Source of the DNA: Ruminococcus sp.
GTDB lineage: Bacteria; Bacillota; Clostridia; Oscillospirales; Acutalibacteraceae
NCBI GenBank assembly: GCA_045532065.1
Contig: JAZSFG010000063.1
Span: 1-34,075, forward strand
Direction: 5' to 3'
DNA length: 34,075 nucleotides
Under the pieces are notes generated by a model. It did no database searches, had not been told where the DNA came from, and saw only the letters and a program-made list of their open reading frames with translations. Positions 1 through 7,974 of this stretch are shown here, one piece after another. Every line of letters begins with the position of its first letter. The stretch's first letter is position 1. The translations under genes and the position numbers were made by a program.

Positions 1-410
1 CTGCACAGGCTAACGCTGAGCGTGACGGTGTTGATATGCGTATGTATCGTATTATTTACGATTGTATCGAAGAAATCGAAGCTGCTATGAAGGGTATGCT
101 TGCTCCGAAAACAAGAGAAGTTATCTTAGGTACTGCAGAAGTTCGAAATGTTATCCGTATTAAGTCAGTCGGTAACGTTGCCGGTTCTTACGTCAAGAGT
201 GGTAAAATCCAGCGTGGCGCAGGTGTACGTGTTGTTCGTGAAGGTATCATCATCGCTGACGATACAATTGCAACTTTACAGCGTTTCAAGGACTCTGTAA
301 AAGAGGTTGCTGAGGGTTACGAGTGCGGTATCCTGTTAGAAAAATATGCAGACATTAAAGAAGGCGATATCTTCGAAGTATTCACAATCGAAGAGTATCG
401 TGAGGACTAA
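1..410 (+). CDS. infB: Translation initiation factor IF-2, C-terminal part (truncated by window start)
   Basis: Frame open from position 3 ([19 protein letters not shown]...[18 protein letters not shown]...): IF-2 domain IV motifs; followed by rbfA. Confidence 0.97.
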   Translation, partial: AQANAERDGVDMRMYRIIYDCIEEIEAAMKGMLAPKTREVILGTAEVRNVIRIKSVGNVAGSYVKSGKIQRGAGVRVVREGIIIADDTIATLQRFKDSVKEVAEGYECGILLEKYADIKEGDIFEVFTIEEYRED

Positions 411-413
411 CTT

Positions 414-791
414 ATGGCTAATCATAAAATCGGACGTACAACCGAAGATATAAAGCGCGAGCTCACGGCTATTTTCCGTGAGCTTAAAGACCCGCGCGTA
501 ACGGAAGTTTTTCTGTCTATCGTGAGAGTTGAGGTCACAAACGACCTGTCATACTGCACAGTTTTTGTCAGCTCTTTAGAGGGACTTGATAAAACAAAGA
601 ACGCGTGCAAGGGACTCGACTCAGCGGCAGGATATATCCGCCGAGAGCTCGGCCACAGATTAAAGCTCCGTCACGTGCCGTCGCTTATTTTTACAGCTAC
701 TGATTCTATTGAATACAGTGCTGAAATCTCGAGAATTCTGAATTCTCTTGATATTAAGGAGAATGAAAATGAGGATGATAACGCTATCTGA
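414..791 (+). CDS. rbfA: 30S ribosome-binding factor A
   Basis: LKDPRV, VEVTNDLSYCTVFVS, AAGYIRRELG..LKLRHVPSLIF motifs; canonical position after infB. Confidence 0.96.
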   Translation: MANHKIGRTTEDIKRELTAIFRELKDPRVTEVFLSIVRVEVTNDLSYCTVFVSSLEGLDKTKNACKGLDSAAGYIRRELGHRLKLRHVPSLIFTATDSIEYSAEISRILNSLDIKENENEDDNAI

Positions 792-1716
792 AGCGGCAAC
801 TCTGCTTAGTGAAAACGATAATTTTCATATTCTGACACACCGTTATCCTGACGGTGATACGTTAGGTTGTGCGTTTGCGCTTTGTTACGCGCTTCGCACA
901 CTCGGCAAGAACGCTAACATTATTTTAGACTCAAAGCTTCCGTCGAAATTCACCTATCTCGCTGAAAATTACTGTGATCAGGATTTTGTCTGTGATTTTG
1001 TTGTGTCAGTTGACGTTGCGGCTCCTCAGTTGCTTGGTAGTTTACAGGAGCGATACGCTGACAAAATCGACCTTTGTATCGACCACCACGCGTCGAATTC
1101 TATGATAGCGGACAACATCTGTGTTGACGCAACTTGTGCTGCTGCGTGCGAGATTATCCACGTGCTGATTAAAGCGATGGGTGTTGAAATCACGAAGGAT
1201 ATCGCAAATGCGATTTACACAGGCGTGTCGACTGACACAGGTTGTTTTTGTTACACAAACACAACTGCACAATCTCATCATATCGCCGCTGAGCTTATTG
1301 ATTTAGGTTGCGATTTAGAGATGATCAACCGCATTAACTTCGAGACAAAAACACGCGCTAAGCTTAAGATGGAGCGTATGGTTTACGACACAATGGAGTT
1401 TTATTGTGGTGGAAAATGTGCGATTATTTACACAACAATCGCAATGCAGAAAGCACTCGGTGCGGGTGATGATGAGATGGAAGGTTTAGCTTCTATTCCG
1501 CGTCAGGTCGAGGGTGTTAAAATCGGTATCACCATGCGCGAAAAAGAGGACGGAACTTTTAAAGTTTCTGTTCGTACAAACGACGGTGTGGATGCTTGTG
1601 ACTTCTGTGCTCGTTTTGGCGGTGGTGGTCACGTTGCGGCTTCGGGTTGCTCGATCAAGGGCGACTTGCAAAGCGTAAAGTATATGCTGATTAAAGCAGC
1701 CGAAGAGGTACTATGA
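775..1716 (+). CDS. nrnA: DHH/DHHA1 phosphoesterase (NrnA-like oligoribonuclease/PAP phosphatase)
   Basis: HRYPDGDTLG, IDHH, STDTGCF, GGGGHVAASG motifs; ATG at 775 (MITLSEAA) preferred over TTG 748; canonical position between rbfA and truB. Confidence 0.9.
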   Translation: MITLSEAATLLSENDNFHILTHRYPDGDTLGCAFALCYALRTLGKNANIILDSKLPSKFTYLAENYCDQDFVCDFVVSVDVAAPQLLGSLQERYADKIDLCIDHHASNSMIADNICVDATCAAACEIIHVLIKAMGVEITKDIANAIYTGVSTDTGCFCYTNTTAQSHHIAAELIDLGCDLEMINRINFETKTRAKLKMERMVYDTMEFYCGGKCAIIYTTIAMQKALGAGDDEMEGLASIPRQVEGVKIGITMREKEDGTFKVSVRTNDGVDACDFCARFGGGGHVAASGCSIKGDLQSVKYMLIKAAEEVL

Positions 1717-2618
1717 ACGGGATTATCATCATAGACAAGCCGACTGATTTCACCTCTTTTGATGTTGTCGCTGTTGTCAGACGAACTTTGCACACGAAAA
1801 AAGTCGGTCACTGCGGCACACTTGACCCTAATGCGACGGGTGTTCTGCCTGTTTTAGTCGGTAACGCGACAAAAGCTCAGGACATTATCCCGAATCACGA
1901 TAAAAGTTACGTAGCCGATTTTAAATTCGGCTATTCTTCCGATACTTTAGACGTGTGGGGAGAGGTGAAAGAGGAGAAAACTCCTCGCGTTACGAAAGAA
2001 AAGCTCTGTGATACAGTGAAAAACTTTGTTGGCGAACAGCTTCAGGTTCCGCCGATGTATTCGGCGATACAAAAAGACGGAGTCAGACTTTACGAGCTTG
2101 CACGACAGGGCATCGAAATCGAGCGTGAAGCTAGAAAAATCAATGTTCACTCGTGTGAGGTTTTGAGTTTTGACGAAGAAAAGCAAGAAGGAAAACTCGC
2201 CGTATCGTGTTCAAAAGGCACGTATATACGCAGTTTAATCGATGATATCGCGAAGAGTATGAACGAATCTGCCGTTATGACCGCGCTTGTTCGTACTACT
2301 GCGTGCGGATTTACTCTGGATAATGCCATTTCACTTGATAAGCTGAAGGAAATAGCTGACAGCGATGAGCTTAGTAACTATATGCAGTCGATTGAGAGCC
2401 TTTTTGTGACGTACCCTGAACTGGTTGTATCTGACAAGCAGGCACACAGATTCAGAAACGGTAATCCGCTTGATATAAATCGTACGAAACTACGCGATAT
2501 TGAGCCTGAAAATGGTGATATTTACCGCGTAAAAAGCGAAGAAGGCGAACTGCTCGCACTTGGAGTCGTCGATTTAGCAAAAGGCGCAATTAAAATTTAT
2601 AAACATTTCGGTAAATAA
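1713..2618 (+). CDS. truB: tRNA pseudouridine(55) synthase
   Basis: KVGHCGTLDPNATGVL, QVPPMYSA, CSKGTYIRSL motifs; ATGA overlap with upstream gene. Confidence 0.97.
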   Translation: MNGIIIIDKPTDFTSFDVVAVVRRTLHTKKVGHCGTLDPNATGVLPVLVGNATKAQDIIPNHDKSYVADFKFGYSSDTLDVWGEVKEEKTPRVTKEKLCDTVKNFVGEQLQVPPMYSAIQKDGVRLYELARQGIEIEREARKINVHSCEVLSFDEEKQEGKLAVSCSKGTYIRSLIDDIAKSMNESAVMTALVRTTACGFTLDNAISLDKLKEIADSDELSNYMQSIESLFVTYPELVVSDKQAHRFRNGNPLDINRTKLRDIEPENGDIYRVKSEEGELLALGVVDLAKGAIKIYKHFGK

Positions 2619-2652
2619 AAAAGCTTCCGTTAATTCGGAAGCTTTCTTTTTT
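2617..2652. terminator. Bidirectional intrinsic terminator
   Basis: aaagcttccg-ttaatt-cggaagcttt stem with A-run before and T-run after, between convergent genes. Confidence 0.85.
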
Positions 2653-2664
2653 GTCTTATTTGTT

Positions 2665-3366
2665 TTATTCTTTTGTTTCGACTTTTTCGGATGTCAGGAA
2701 ACGTATACTTCTCTCGGTTGCATCTTTACTGTTTTTGAAGTCGCCGCCTGCGTTTCTGTAGTCAAACATAGTAGTAAAATGGGTGACATCATCGTAGAGT
2801 GAGTCAAGGTAGTTTCTGCACAGTGCGTTTGTAATTTCGCAGAAAGCCTTCATATCCTTGTTTTTTATACCGCCCTTCTGAGCTGCTGCGCGGTGGAGTA
2901 ATTCGTAGTGGTTAAGACACAGGTAGTCCTGCTTTTTAAATAGCTCGCGGAACTCTTCGTCAATCCCAAACTGCACAAAAACCGTAGAGAGCAGGTGCTT
3001 TATATCTGCGTCGATTCTGTCACACACGTAACATGAGTGACGAGCTTTGTGAATATTGTCGAGCTGACTTTTGCTTGGTTTTGTGCTTAAGTTTTTCGGC
3101 ACCATATGCTCTTTAACGTAGTCAAGGCGAGTCTGCATAAGCAGAGCGTTTGATAGCTTAGGACCTGTTTTCATCATCATTTCATAGTGCTTGTGACAAA
3201 AGCCTTTTTCATTAGTGATAACGCGGATGTTAGGCGCCATCATCGCAGAACCCGTGATGTATTCAACGTACTGTTCCTGAATGCTCTCGTACATACGGCA
3301 GATAGGACAGCCATCGGTTTCTCTGAAAACGTCATTTATCGGGATAGTACAGATATTTTCTTTCAT
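2665..3366 (-). CDS. DUF6062-like conserved hypothetical protein, probable double zinc-binding module
   Basis: Start MKENICTIPINDVF at 3366 with GGAG RBS; repeated CxxC...CxxH pairs (CPIC/CHKH, CYVC/CLNH). Confidence 0.75.
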   Translation of the reverse strand: MKENICTIPINDVFRETDGCPICRMYESIQEQYVEYITGSAMMAPNIRVITNEKGFCHKHYEMMMKTGPKLSNALLMQTRLDYVKEHMVPKNLSTKPSKSQLDNIHKARHSCYVCDRIDADIKHLLSTVFVQFGIDEEFRELFKKQDYLCLNHYELLHRAAAQKGGIKNKDMKAFCEITNALCRNYLDSLYDDVTHFTTMFDYRNAGGDFKNSKDATERSIRFLTSEKVETKE

Positions 3367-3389
3367 AATATCAACTCCAACATTTAGCA

Positions 3390-3651
3390 TAGAGTGAGAC
3401 AAATAAGTCCGAATCAGATTTTTGATGGATTGTTTTTGTCAACTCTTTGTTAAAATACAGTTAACCGTCAGGATACACTGTGTTTTTTGTCGCGATTGAG
3501 CCAAAAATTCTACGACCTAAATTATAAGAAGTTTCAGTTAATTTTTGGTGGCTGAGAACCCTGCAAGGCTGACGCCTGTAGGGTTTAAAACGCCAAAAAG
3601 TAGCGAAAATACTATAATTTAGGCTGGTTAGGATTTACTCGGCTCACTCTA
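3390..3651. mobile_element. MITE-like non-autonomous element with imperfect terminal inverted repeats
   Basis: Left TAGAGTGAGACAAATAAGTCCGAATCAG versus reverse complement of right end TAGAGTGAGCCGAGTAAATCCTAACCAG (22/28 identical); internal ~108-bp imperfect palindrome 3516-3623; no ORF in the track covers it. Confidence 0.65.
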
Positions 3652-3657
3652 AGACTA

Positions 3658-3690
3658 ATTATAGCATATTATTACTCTTTGTGGTATAAT
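3658..3690. promoter_or_regulatory. Back-to-back extended -10 promoters (TGnTATAAT) for DUF6062 (-) and the glycosylase (+)
   Basis: TGCTATAAT on minus at 3658-3666; TGGTATAAT on plus at 3682-3690. Confidence 0.6.
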
Positions 3691-3721
3691 GTTTTCATAA
3701 ATATTTTAAGGACAGATGATT

Positions 3722-4537
3722 ATGGGAAAAGTTTCATTTAAAAATATATATCCGTTTGATTTAGCCCAGACGCTTGATTGCGGACAGAGTTTCCGATGGG
3801 TAAAAAATGAGGACAACTCTTTTACCGGAGTTGTGAGAGATAAGGTAGCAACAGTGTGGTATGAAGGCACCACGCTCACAGTAGAATATAGTGGTGAAAC
3901 AGACGAGTCGCTGTGGCGCGAGTACTTCGATTTGGATTTAGATTACGCAGGCATAAAAGATGATTTGTCAAAAATGCACCCTGTTTTAGCACAGGCATCT
4001 GTGTATGCTGGAGGCATACGAATCTTAAAACAAGAGCCGTTTGAAGCGCTAATTTCTTTTATCATTTCGCAGAACAACAACATTGAAAGAATAAAAGGTA
4101 TAGTTTCGCGTCTGTGCGAAAATTTCGGCGAGTGCATTGACGGAGTTTATTACACTTTCCCGAGTGCCGAAAAATTAGCTTTATTAAGTCCTGATGATTT
4201 AGCGCCTATTCGCGCGGGTTTTCGCAACAGATACATAATAGACGCCGCACAAAAGGTCGCAAATGGTGAAATCGATTTAGAAAAGCTTCGTGATGTGGAT
4301 TATTTTGAAGCTCAAAAAGAGCTTATGAAAATCGTCGGAGTTGGTGTGAAAGTCGCTGATTGCGTTCTGCTTTATGGTTTGCACCGACTTGAGTCGTTTC
4401 CACTTGACGTGTGGATGAAGCGAGCGTTAGAAGTGCTGTTTGAGGGATATGATGGTAGCGAATTCGGTTTATATGGCGGTATCGCGCAGCAGTATATTTT
4501 TCACTACTCGCGTATGCACAAAGAGCTTTTCAATTAA
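3722..4537 (+). CDS. ogg: 8-oxoguanine DNA glycosylase (OGG-type HhH-GPD glycosylase/AP lyase)
   Basis: TLDCGQSFRW N-domain, FIISQNNNI, HhH IVGVGVKVADC with catalytic Lys, FPLDVW Asp, GIAQQYIF; alternative start 3716. Confidence 0.88.
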   Translation: MGKVSFKNIYPFDLAQTLDCGQSFRWVKNEDNSFTGVVRDKVATVWYEGTTLTVEYSGETDESLWREYFDLDLDYAGIKDDLSKMHPVLAQASVYAGGIRILKQEPFEALISFIISQNNNIERIKGIVSRLCENFGECIDGVYYTFPSAEKLALLSPDDLAPIRAGFRNRYIIDAAQKVANGEIDLEKLRDVDYFEAQKELMKIVGVGVKVADCVLLYGLHRLESFPLDVWMKRALEVLFEGYDGSEFGLYGGIAQQYIFHYSRMHKELFN

Positions 4538-4667
4538 GCGCCGAGCACCGGAGCCTTTAAAAATCAAGTGCGAGATGGGACTGCCCGTAGGACACGTAGT
4601 GTCCGCAGGGTGGTTAATCGAGAACGTGGATTTTTAAGGATTAGCATAGGTGAACGAGGCGTGATAT
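4536..4667 (+). repeat. Structured palindromic repeat / candidate ncRNA, copy A
   Basis: Long imperfect hairpin with apex ggacac-gta-gtgtcc; homologous to 20477-20610 (-) with compensatory changes. Confidence 0.75.
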
Positions 4668-4705
4668 GAAAGCGCTGAAGCTCACACACTTCGTGTCTAA
4701 AACAT

Positions 4706-4734
4706 ACATATTTTCACCTTAACTGCACAAACTA
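4706..4734 (+). promoter_or_regulatory. Possible sporulation sigma (sigG/sigE-like) promoter
   Basis: ACATA-N17-CAAACTA 16 nt upstream of ATG 4751; resembles the sigG consensus GHATR-N17/18-CATACTA. Confidence 0.3.
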
Positions 4735-4750
4735 CTGTCGGGGTGATAGT

Positions 4751-5176
4751 ATGGATGACGAAAAGTTGCTTAATCTTATTTCCAAAAACGCTGAGATGGG
4801 TGTGGTCGGAATCGATGCGGTCAAGGACTACGCGACTTCCGACAAGTTCAAAAAAGAGCTAATGAATCAGCGAGAGGAATACAACAAAATTTATAAAAGC
4901 GCTCACAATATGCTAAAAGAGCAAGGAAAATCCGTTGAACATCCGAATGCGATGGCGAAAGTATCGACTGAGATGATGAGCAGGATGAAGACGCTCGTTG
5001 ACCCGACCGACGCAAAAATCGCCGAAATGATGTTACAGGGAAGCGCGATGGGTGTCGCAAAGGTTATCCGTAACGCAAAAGATTATACCGGCGAGGATGA
5101 GTCTATCGTTGATTTAGCGAACAAACTTCAGCGTACCGAAGAGCTTAATATTGAAAACATGAAGCGCTATTTATGA
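4751..5176 (+). CDS. Conserved clostridial hypothetical protein, predicted helical bundle (ferritin-like), possibly sporulation-related
   Basis: GGGGTGA RBS, 141 aa helical pattern (KNAEMG...KIAEMMLQGSAMG...IENMKRYL), own terminator. Confidence 0.7.
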   Translation: MDDEKLLNLISKNAEMGVVGIDAVKDYATSDKFKKELMNQREEYNKIYKSAHNMLKEQGKSVEHPNAMAKVSTEMMSRMKTLVDPTDAKIAEMMLQGSAMGVAKVIRNAKDYTGEDESIVDLANKLQRTEELNIENMKRYL

Positions 5177-5180
5177 GAAT

Positions 5181-5210
5181 AAGCCTGACAGTCATTTGCT
5201 GTCAGGCTTT
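5181..5210 (+). terminator. Intrinsic terminator
   Basis: aagcctgacag-tcatttg-ctgtcaggcttt. Confidence 0.75.
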
Positions 5211-5288
5211 AAATTTTCGGTTTGTGTTGAAAACTAAAAGATGCCATGATATATTATAATTGTGTACTCTATTGTTTTGGAGGGCAAG

Positions 5289-7601
5289 ATGAAGGCTTTA
5301 TTTTTACTACAGATTTTGTGCCTGATTATCGGGTGCGTTACTTTATTTTTGAAGAAAGAGAGTAAAATGCTCAAGCTTGTAAAAGTAGTAGCTTTAGCGC
5401 TCAATGTGGTTTTAGGATTAGCAGTGTTTTTGTTTGAGCCTACTTTTTCTTCAGTTTCTCTCGGGATAAGTATTTTTACCGTAATTTCGTTTTTGATACA
5501 TATTTTCGCTAGCGGTAAAGGAGCTAAAGAGGGACTAAAAAATACTGCGAAATTTGTGTCAAAGGCGATACTTATTATTCTGATTTTAGAGGCGCTCGTA
5601 TTTAACTTTAATTCTTTCCACGTTATGTCCAAAGACTATGAGGAGTTTTCTCTTTCGATAAGCGAGGGTAGAGTCGAAAATCTAGCAAAAGAAAGCGGCG
5701 GATATAAATTAAGCGAAGACAACCAAAGAGCCGTTATTGAGTTTACGGATATTAATGAAGAAATCGGAACGATTTTCTTTGATGTAGACTCCTTGTCGCC
5801 GAGTGTTAGTTACAGCATTGATTTTTCAGACGAGAGTAACAGCAGTTATTATATTCGTCAGGGATTAGTAGAAGGCGAGATTTTCCCTGAGATTGAGGAC
5901 AGTAAATACGTTATCTGTAATTTCTCGGGCGATGTTTCGAAAATAAAAATTTCGCTCGAAGCAACGGACGGAGATTTCACTCTTCCTGATACTATCGACT
6001 TTAACAAGGACCATCCGTCAACCTTTTCTATACTGAGAATGCTGATTTTTTTGGCATTTGCGGTGTTTGTTTTCCTGTTTATAAAATCAGTTTATCTGAA
6101 TCGCTCTATAAAAGAGCAGAAAGACAGTATAAAACACGTTACAGCGTTAGTGGTTTTAGTGTTACTACTTATTATGATGTTTATGACGACGGTTGCGTCA
6201 ATAGGTCAGGATATTTTCCATCTCACAACCGGTAACCAAATGACGCAGGAGCTTGTTGACGCATTTAAAGACGGACGCGTTACGCTTGATACTGTACCGA
6301 GCGACGAGCTTTTAGCACTTGAAAATCCTTATGACTGGAGTCAGCGTACAGAAAGCGGTGTTGACGCTTTGTGGGACCACGTTATGTACGAGGGGGAGTA
6401 CTACTCTTACTACGGCATAGGGCCTGTGCTTTTACTGTTCTTACCGTATAACCTTATTACGGGCTACTATTTTCCGAGTACAGTAGCCACTTTCCTTTTC
6501 TCGGCAGTAGGTTTAGTTTTCTTAGCGCTGACCTTTATGAAGCTTTCTAGGAGATATTTTAGTGATATACCGCTTTCGATGTACCTTGTATCTCTTATTA
6601 TGATACTTTCAACCTGCGGTATCTGGTACTGTATACTTCCATCGAATTTCTACGAAATAGCTCAGACCTCGGGATTCTGTTTTGTGACACTCGGAGCATA
6701 TTTCTTAGTAAGTTCGAATTTGCTGTCTGCAGGAAAAATCAGACTATTGCCTCTTGCACTCAGCTCGCTGTTTTTAGCTATAGCGGTTACCTGTCGACCG
6801 ACAACTGCTGTGTGGTGCGTTGTGGCTCTGCTGTTTATCGGCGCTGGGGTAATTAAGCTCTATCGCGAGCATAAAGAAAAAAAGAAATCGTCGGTTTATG
6901 TGAAATATTTGTTATCCGCACTTGTGCCGTTTGCTGTAATCGGTGCTATGCAGATGATTTATAACTACATTCGTTTTGATTCGGTTTTTGACTTCGGTAT
7001 TCAGTACTCGCTTACAATAAACGATTTTACTAAAGCACAGTATCATACTCAATTTGCGGCAATAGGTTTTTATAACTATCTTTTAGCGCCGCCGTCGTTT
7101 AGTTCACATTTTCCGTTTGTAGTGACTAATATAACGGACCTTGATGTAAACGGCTACTATTTTACAGCAACAAACAACGGTTGTGGACTGTTCTTCAGGG
7201 CGTTGCCGATGTTCGCACTGTTTTTGTCACCTTGTGCATTAAAATATGTCAGCAAGAAAAACCGGGTTTTAGTTTCGGTACTGTTTTCAGCGGTTGCTTT
7301 TGTCGCACCGTTTATAGTTATTTTCTCCGTGTGGGAGAGTGGCTATGGTGTGAGATATATGGTCGATTTTGCGTGGCAGATGCTTATGTGTGCACTTTTT
7401 GTCGTATTTTTACTTTATCAGAACACAAAGTACGAAGAAACAAAGAAGATTTATCGTTACGCAATGCTTGTTTTTATGTTTTTATGTGTAATCGTAAACT
7501 TCGCACTTGTGTACGCGTATATTTATCCTAATAATCTGCCGCTGGGTGCATATACAATTTTTGAGCGCTTTGCACGTGCTTTTTGCATATTTAATACCTG
7601 A
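5289..7601 (+). CDS. Multi-pass membrane protein, probable GT-C fold glycosyltransferase
   Basis: GGAGG RBS before ATG 5289; many TM segments plus large soluble loop; motifs WDHVMYEGEYYSYYGIGP, YEIAQ, CRPT, YNYIRFDSVFDFG, VRYMVDF resemble lipid-linked-donor glycosyltransferases. Confidence 0.65.
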   Translation: MKALFLLQILCLIIGCVTLFLKKESKMLKLVKVVALALNVVLGLAVFLFEPTFSSVSLGISIFTVISFLIHIFASGKGAKEGLKNTAKFVSKAILIILILEALVFNFNSFHVMSKDYEEFSLSISEGRVENLAKESGGYKLSEDNQRAVIEFTDINEEIGTIFFDVDSLSPSVSYSIDFSDESNSSYYIRQGLVEGEIFPEIEDSKYVICNFSGDVSKIKISLEATDGDFTLPDTIDFNKDHPSTFSILRMLIFLAFAVFVFLFIKSVYLNRSIKEQKDSIKHVTALVVLVLLLIMMFMTTVASIGQDIFHLTTGNQMTQELVDAFKDGRVTLDTVPSDELLALENPYDWSQRTESGVDALWDHVMYEGEYYSYYGIGPVLLLFLPYNLITGYYFPSTVATFLFSAVGLVFLALTFMKLSRRYFSDIPLSMYLVSLIMILSTCGIWYCILPSNFYEIAQTSGFCFVTLGAYFLVSSNLLSAGKIRLLPLALSSLFLAIAVTCRPTTAVWCVVALLFIGAGVIKLYREHKEKKKSSVYVKYLLSALVPFAVIGAMQMIYNYIRFDSVFDFGIQYSLTINDFTKAQYHTQFAAIGFYNYLLAPPSFSSHFPFVVTNITDLDVNGYYFTATNNGCGLFFRALPMFALFLSPCALKYVSKKNRVLVSVLFSAVAFVAPFIVIFSVWESGYGVRYMVDFAWQMLMCALFVVFLLYQNTKYEETKKIYRYAMLVFMFLCVIVNFALVYAYIYPNNLPLGAYTIFERFARAFCIFNT

Positions 7602-7617
7602 TATCGCCAAAAAATGA

Positions 7618-7646
7618 TTGAAAAACTAAAACGCTTGTGGTATAGT
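7618..7646 (+). promoter_or_regulatory. sigmaA promoter
   Basis: TTGAAA-N17-TATAGT with TG extension. Confidence 0.55.
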
Positions 7647-7681
7647 CATAGTACTTTTTAATTTAAGGCAGGCTCAGATAA

Positions 7682-7921
7682 ATGAAAAAGTTTAATAAAA
7701 AAGCGTTTCTAGTTGCACTTGTTGTGTCGCTTGTGCTTCTTGTTGTTGCGGTAGCGGCGACGCTGTTGTTCGATTACTATAATGATACTATAAAATTTGA
7801 TACCCTTGGTTTAGTGCTCGGTCATTCTATCGGTTTTGTTTTGCTGTTTTTTATTGTGTACAGATACGAAGCAAAGGACGAAACGGATGATAACAACAAT
7901 ATCGATCACAATATATACTAA
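7682..7921 (+). CDS. Small two-TM membrane protein, hypothetical
   Basis: 79 aa, two hydrophobic segments, own promoter and downstream terminator. Confidence 0.7.
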   Translation: MKKFNKKAFLVALVVSLVLLVVAVAATLLFDYYNDTIKFDTLGLVLGHSIGFVLLFFIVYRYEAKDETDDNNNIDHNIY

Positions 7922-7924
7922 AAG

Positions 7925-7956
7925 AAAAGCTCAGGCTGTGTTTAGCCTGAGCTTTT
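7925..7956. terminator. Bidirectional intrinsic terminator
   Basis: aaaagctcaggct-gtgttt-agcctgagctttt between convergent genes. Confidence 0.85.
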
Positions 7957-7974
7957 AATTTTATTATACATTTA

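Noticed and set aside
3367-3402. N-terminal extension of the DUF6062 ORF to TTG 3402
   Set aside because: Runs into the left inverted repeat; ATG 3366 has the RBS
4440-4637. 65-aa ORF spanning ogg end and element A
   Set aside because: Out-of-frame overlap, no RBS, region explained by the structured repeat
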